A stretch of 64,000 nt of DNA. It comes from an uncultured Bifidobacterium sp. GTDB lineage: Bacteria > Verrucomicrobiota > Verrucomicrobiia > Limisphaerales > JADJPG01. Below the pieces are notes generated by a model. That model was given only the letters and a program-made list of their open reading frames with translations. It did not search any database and was not told the DNA's origin. The stretch lies in the NCBI GenBank assembly GCA_964491875.1, contig CAZBIC010000026.1:48090-112089 (forward strand). Direction: 5' to 3'. Positions 60,419 through 64,000 of the stretch are shown here, piece by piece (position 1 is the first letter of the stretch; every line of letters begins with the position of its first letter). Both the position numbers and the translations under genes were made by a program.

Positions 60419-62944
60419 ATGATTGGCACCCTTGAAGTTCCCGCGCCGGACCGGAAAGCCACCGTCGCGCCGCGATTTGTAAAGTGGTTTGCCGACATCT
60501 GCATTGAGGACATTCCTCTTGTCGGCGGCAAGAACGCGTCGCTCGGCGAGATGTATCGCGAGCTCACGCGTCAGGGCGTGAAGATTCCGAACGGCTTCGC
60601 CATCACCGCCGAGGCCTACCGTCATTTCCTGCGCGAGGCGAAGCTCGACGCGAAGATTCGCGAGCTGCTGGGCGGTCTCGACACCACGGACATCGATAAC
60701 CTCCGCCAGCGCGGCAGCCAGGTGCGACAGGCGATTCTCGCCGCAGAGTTGCCTCACGACCTAGAGGAGGAAATCATCGGCGCCTACGACACCTTCCGCG
60801 GCGCCCAGCTTCATCCCGTCGATGTCGCCGTGCGCAGCAGCGCGACCGCCGAGGACTTGCCGGACGCTTCATTCGCCGGCCAGCAGGAGACGTATCTCAA
60901 CGTGCAGGGCCATCTCGCGCTGCTCGACACGTGCAAGCGCTGCTTCGCCTCGCTCTTCACCGACCGCGCAATCTCCTACCGCGTCGACAAGGGATTCGAT
61001 CACTTCAAGATCGCGCTTTCCATCGGCGTACAGCGCATGGTCCGTGCGGATCTTGGCGCGTCGGGCGTGATGTTCACCATCGATACCGAGACCGGTTTCC
61101 GCGACGCCGTCCTCATCAACGCCGCCTATGGCCTGGGCGAGAACGTCGTGCAGGGCACGGTCAACCCGGACGAATACTACGTCTTCAAGCCGACGCTCAA
61201 GGCGGGGTTCAAACCGATCCTGCAAAAGATCGTCGGTACGAAGGAATTCAAACTCGTCTACGACATCGGCGGCGGAAAGATGGTCAAGAACGTCCCCGTC
61301 GCTCCCGGAGACCGCACGCGTTTCGCCATTTCGGACGACGACATTCTCCAACTCGCCCGCTGGGCTTGCCTCATCGAGGATCATTACTCGGCGAAGAAAG
61401 GTCAGCCCACGCCCATGGACATCGAATGGGCGAAGGACGGTCACACCGGCGAACTCTTCATCGTCCAGGCGCGACCCGAGACTGTGCAATCGCGCAAGCA
61501 GCTCGACGTCGTTGAAACCTACAAACTCAAGAAGCGCGGCACTGTGCTCGTCACCGGTCGCAGTGTCGGCGAGAAGATCGCGACCGGTCCGGTGCGCGTG
61601 ATCAAGAGCGTGCAGTTTCTCGATCAGTTCCAGCCCGGCGACATCCTTGTCACCGACAAGACCGATCCCGACTGGGAACCGATCATGAAGAAGGCTGGCG
61701 CCATCGTGACGAATCGCGGCGGGCGCACCTGTCACGCCGCCATCGTCAGCCGCGAGCTCGGCGTTCCGGCAATTGTCGGCACGGAGCACGGCACGGAGGC
61801 GTTGAGGGATGGACAGCTCGTCACCGTTTCCTGCGCGGAGGGCGACGCCGGATTTGTCTACGACGGGAAGCTCGAGTTCGACGTGCAGCGCACGAACTTG
61901 AAGGAGCTGCGCCGCCCAAAGACGCGCGTGATGATGAACGTGGGCAACCCGGAGGAGGCCTTTTCGCTCTCGTTCATTCCGAACGACGGCGTGGGTTTGG
62001 CGCGCGAAGAATTCATCATCACCACCTACATCAAGATTCATCCGTTGGCCCTTGTGGATTATGAACGGAGCGCCGGTCTCCGACCCGGCGCATCGGGAAG
62101 GGACGCGGCGTACGTCGGGCCGGAGGCCCGCGTTCCACTGGACGCAGCAACGCTCGCTCAAATCGACAAGCTCACCGCTGGCTACGACGACAAGCCTCAG
62201 TTCTTCGTCGACAAACTCGCGCAAGGCGTCGCGATGATCGCCGCTGCGTTTTATCCGAAAGACGTCATCCTCCGCCTGAGCGATTTCAAGACGAACGAGT
62301 ACGCAAACCTCATCGGCGGCGCGAAGTATGAGCCGGTGGAGGAGAATCCGATGATCGGCTTCCGCGGCGCGAGCCGTTATTACAATCCACGCTACCAAGC
62401 AGGATTCGCCCTCGAATGTCGTGCGATGAAGAAAGTCCGCGACGAGATGGGGCTCACGAATCTCAAGCTGATGATTCCGTTCTGTCGCACCGTGGACGAA
62501 GGCCGTCGCGTGCAGGCCGAGATGGAGAAGCACGGCCTCAAGCGCGGCGTGAACGGCCTTGAGCTTTACGTGATGTGCGAGATCCCGAGCAACGTGATCC
62601 TCGCCGAGCAGTTCGCGGATATCTTCGACGGCTTCAGCATCGGTTCCAATGATCTCACGCAGCTCATCCTCGGTGTGGATCGCGACAGCGAGATCGTCGC
62701 GCCGATCTTCGATGAACGGAATCCGGCAGTGAAGGCGATGATCGGAGAAGTCATCCACATCTGCCGCAGCCGCCAGCGCAAGATCGGCATCTGCGGCCAG
62801 GCGCCAAGCGATTACCCGGACTTCGCGCAATTCCTCGTCGAGCACGGCATCGACAGCATCTCGCTCAATCCCGATACCGTGCTGAAGACGACGGTGGCGA
62901 TTCTGGAAAAGGAAGAAGCGCCGCATAAGAAGGCGAGAGCGTGA
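60419..62944 (+). CDS. ppsA: Phosphoenolpyruvate synthase (pyruvate, water dikinase)
   Basis: ATP-grasp N-terminus (VGGKNASLGEM), phosphohistidine loop GGRTCHAAIVSRELGVPAIVG, and C-terminal PEP-utilising TIM barrel (GFSIGSNDLTQL). Confidence 0.93.
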   Translation: MIGTLEVPAPDRKATVAPRFVKWFADICIEDIPLVGGKNASLGEMYRELTRQGVKIPNGFAITAEAYRHFLREAKLDAKIRELLGGLDTTDIDNLRQRGSQVRQAILAAELPHDLEEEIIGAYDTFRGAQLHPVDVAVRSSATAEDLPDASFAGQQETYLNVQGHLALLDTCKRCFASLFTDRAISYRVDKGFDHFKIALSIGVQRMVRADLGASGVMFTIDTETGFRDAVLINAAYGLGENVVQGTVNPDEYYVFKPTLKAGFKPILQKIVGTKEFKLVYDIGGGKMVKNVPVAPGDRTRFAISDDDILQLARWACLIEDHYSAKKGQPTPMDIEWAKDGHTGELFIVQARPETVQSRKQLDVVETYKLKKRGTVLVTGRSVGEKIATGPVRVIKSVQFLDQFQPGDILVTDKTDPDWEPIMKKAGAIVTNRGGRTCHAAIVSRELGVPAIVGTEHGTEALRDGQLVTVSCAEGDAGFVYDGKLEFDVQRTNLKELRRPKTRVMMNVGNPEEAFSLSFIPNDGVGLAREEFIITTYIKIHPLALVDYERSAGLRPGASGRDAAYVGPEARVPLDAATLAQIDKLTAGYDDKPQFFVDKLAQGVAMIAAAFYPKDVILRLSDFKTNEYANLIGGAKYEPVEENPMIGFRGASRYYNPRYQAGFALECRAMKKVRDEMGLTNLKLMIPFCRTVDEGRRVQAEMEKHGLKRGVNGLELYVMCEIPSNVILAEQFADIFDGFSIGSNDLTQLILGVDRDSEIVAPIFDERNPAVKAMIGEVIHICRSRQRKIGICGQAPSDYPDFAQFLVEHGIDSISLNPDTVLKTTVAILEKEEAPHKKARA

Positions 62945-63510
62945 ACGCATTCTCGAGATGGATCTCGCGGATGTTCGTCAGCGTGCTGGCGCTGGTTATT
63001 GCGTTCAGCGTGCCCTCCATCGCCCGATCCGCAGAAACCGGTGCTCAGACCAATCGCATCGGCGTCTACGATTCGCGCGCCATCGCCTACGCGCATTTCT
63101 GGTCGGAAGGCTATCAGCAGAAGATCAAGGATTTGGCAAAATCAGCGAAGGAAGCCAAAGCCGCCGGTGACATGGTCCGCTTCCGCGACATGGAAGCCGA
63201 ACTGAAAAACGAGCAGGACCAGAATCATCTGCGGGTGTTCAGCACCGCGCCGGTTGACAGCATCCTCGCGCTGATGCAGAACCGGGTGGACGAAGTTCAA
63301 CGCACAACTCGCGTCGGCCGGCTGGTTTCGAAATGGGATGCATCGACTCTGACGCAGTTCAAGAAGGCCGAGCAGATCGAGGTCACGGACGCCCTGCTGC
63401 GCGATTTTCGCCTAAACGAAAAGCAAATGAAGGTCATCGCCGACATTCGCAAACAGAAGCCGCTACCGCTCGACAAGGCGCAGGAACTCCTTCGCAAGGG
63501 CAAACTCTGA
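62941..63510 (+). CDS. Hypothetical secreted protein
   Basis: The GTG start overlaps the ppsA stop (GTGA). Signal peptide [21 protein letters not shown]. The remainder is a Lys/Glu-rich helical sequence. Confidence 0.55.
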   Translation: MNAFSRWISRMFVSVLALVIAFSVPSIARSAETGAQTNRIGVYDSRAIAYAHFWSEGYQQKIKDLAKSAKEAKAAGDMVRFRDMEAELKNEQDQNHLRVFSTAPVDSILALMQNRVDEVQRTTRVGRLVSKWDASTLTQFKKAEQIEVTDALLRDFRLNEKQMKVIADIRKQKPLPLDKAQELLRKGKL

Positions 63511-63652
63511 ACATCGTCTTTCTAATGCTGTTCCCAGATCTCGACGACTCCTCTCCCGCCCTTCGGGCATCCTCCCCTCCACCGCGTGGAGGAGCGGGCT
63601 CGGGAGCGGAGGGACGTTCTCTCGTTCATCCCACCTTCCGCTCCCCGCTTTT

Positions 63653-64000
63653 GTGAAACCACATCACCCCTCAGCCAACCCGCCCACCGCCCGCCGCGCC
63701 CCGCTCAACGCCATCTTCACGCCGAAGAACGTCGCCGTGATCGGTGCCACGGAAAAGGAAGGCAGCGTCGGACGAGCCGTTCTGGAAAACCTCGCGTCCT
63801 TTACCGGCAACGTTTACCCGATCAACCCAAAGCGCCCGACCGTGCTTGGACGCAAAGCGTATCCAAGCCTCGCCGCGTTGCCGGAGAAGGTGGACCTTGC
63901 TGTCATCGTCACGCCCGCCACGAGCGTTCCCGGCCTCATTCAGGAATGCACCGCGGAGGGCGTGCCCGGTGTCATCATCATCTCCGCCGGCTTCAAGGAA
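63653..64000 (+). CDS. Acetyl-CoA synthetase (ADP-forming) / acyl-CoA synthetase NDP-forming family, N-terminal CoA-binding domain (partial, runs off window)
   Basis: Open frame from GTG 63653 to the window end. It translates [27 protein letters not shown]...[35 protein letters not shown]...[11 protein letters not shown]. Confidence 0.7.
   Translation, partial: MKPHHPSANPPTARRAPLNAIFTPKNVAVIGATEKEGSVGRAVLENLASFTGNVYPINPKRPTVLGRKAYPSLAALPEKVDLAVIVTPATSVPGLIQECTAEGVPGVIIISAGFKE

Noticed and set aside
60869-62950. 693-aa ORF antisense to ppsA
   Set aside because: It is a shadow ORF opposite an unambiguous PEP synthase.
63574-63652. Hairpins (CCTCCAC-CGC-GTGGAGG; GGGAGCGGA...TCCGCTCCC then CGCTTTT) after the 62941..63510 gene as a terminator
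   Set aside because: It is plausible, but the U-tract is short and interrupted, and the structure abuts the GTG start of the next gene. I left it unannotated.
1-64000. CRISPR arrays, tRNA/rRNA genes, transposases, integrases, prophage or toxin-antitoxin modules
   Set aside because: I scanned for regularly spaced direct repeats, for T-arm GGTTCGA-type motifs with a matching stem, and for DDE, tyrosine or serine recombinase motifs in the ORF track. Nothing stood up. The two GGTTCGA occurrences near 11270 and 11745 lack complementary stems.

Overview
GC-rich chromosomal segment. It is probably from a Verrucomicrobiota-type genome, judging from a DUF1559/H-X9-DG prepilin-like protein, a PEP-CTERM anchor, giant LamG/lamin-tail/CotH secreted proteins, and many long antisense shadow ORFs. 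I support about 50 protein genes, including dnaA, a PolX polymerase, sufS, an IscU-like scaffold, ppsA, Hsp20 and several two-component regulators. I also support several intrinsic terminators read directly from the sequence. I found no rRNA, tRNA, CRISPR array, transposase or integrase.

The parts most worth a second look are:
1. 19.1-26.3 kb: a cluster with a tyrosine-ammonia-lyase-like enzyme, two flavin-dependent halogenases, an O-methyltransferase and a putative outer-membrane beta-barrel. It has no CoA ligase, PKS or NRPS. It is chained on the minus strand to a ferritin-like / TspO / histidine kinase / sigma54 activator block.
2. 32.4-36.9 kb: an operon with an embedded Fur-family regulator, two TIGR03769-like surface proteins (one PEP-CTERM), DUF3299 and a His-rich lipoprotein. 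It reads as a metal-capture system with no transporter in cis.
3. 18-5258: a translationally coupled cassette of acyl-AMP ligase, ACP, an HxxxD condensation-fold protein, an FAD oxidoreductase and a PaaK-like ligase.
4. 10.9-11.9 kb: a low-GC non-coding island of about 1 kb upstream of dnaA. It holds a promoter-plus-terminator-bounded candidate sRNA and short repeated motifs.

All family assignments rest on motifs I recognise by eye in the translated ORFs. No database search or computation was run.
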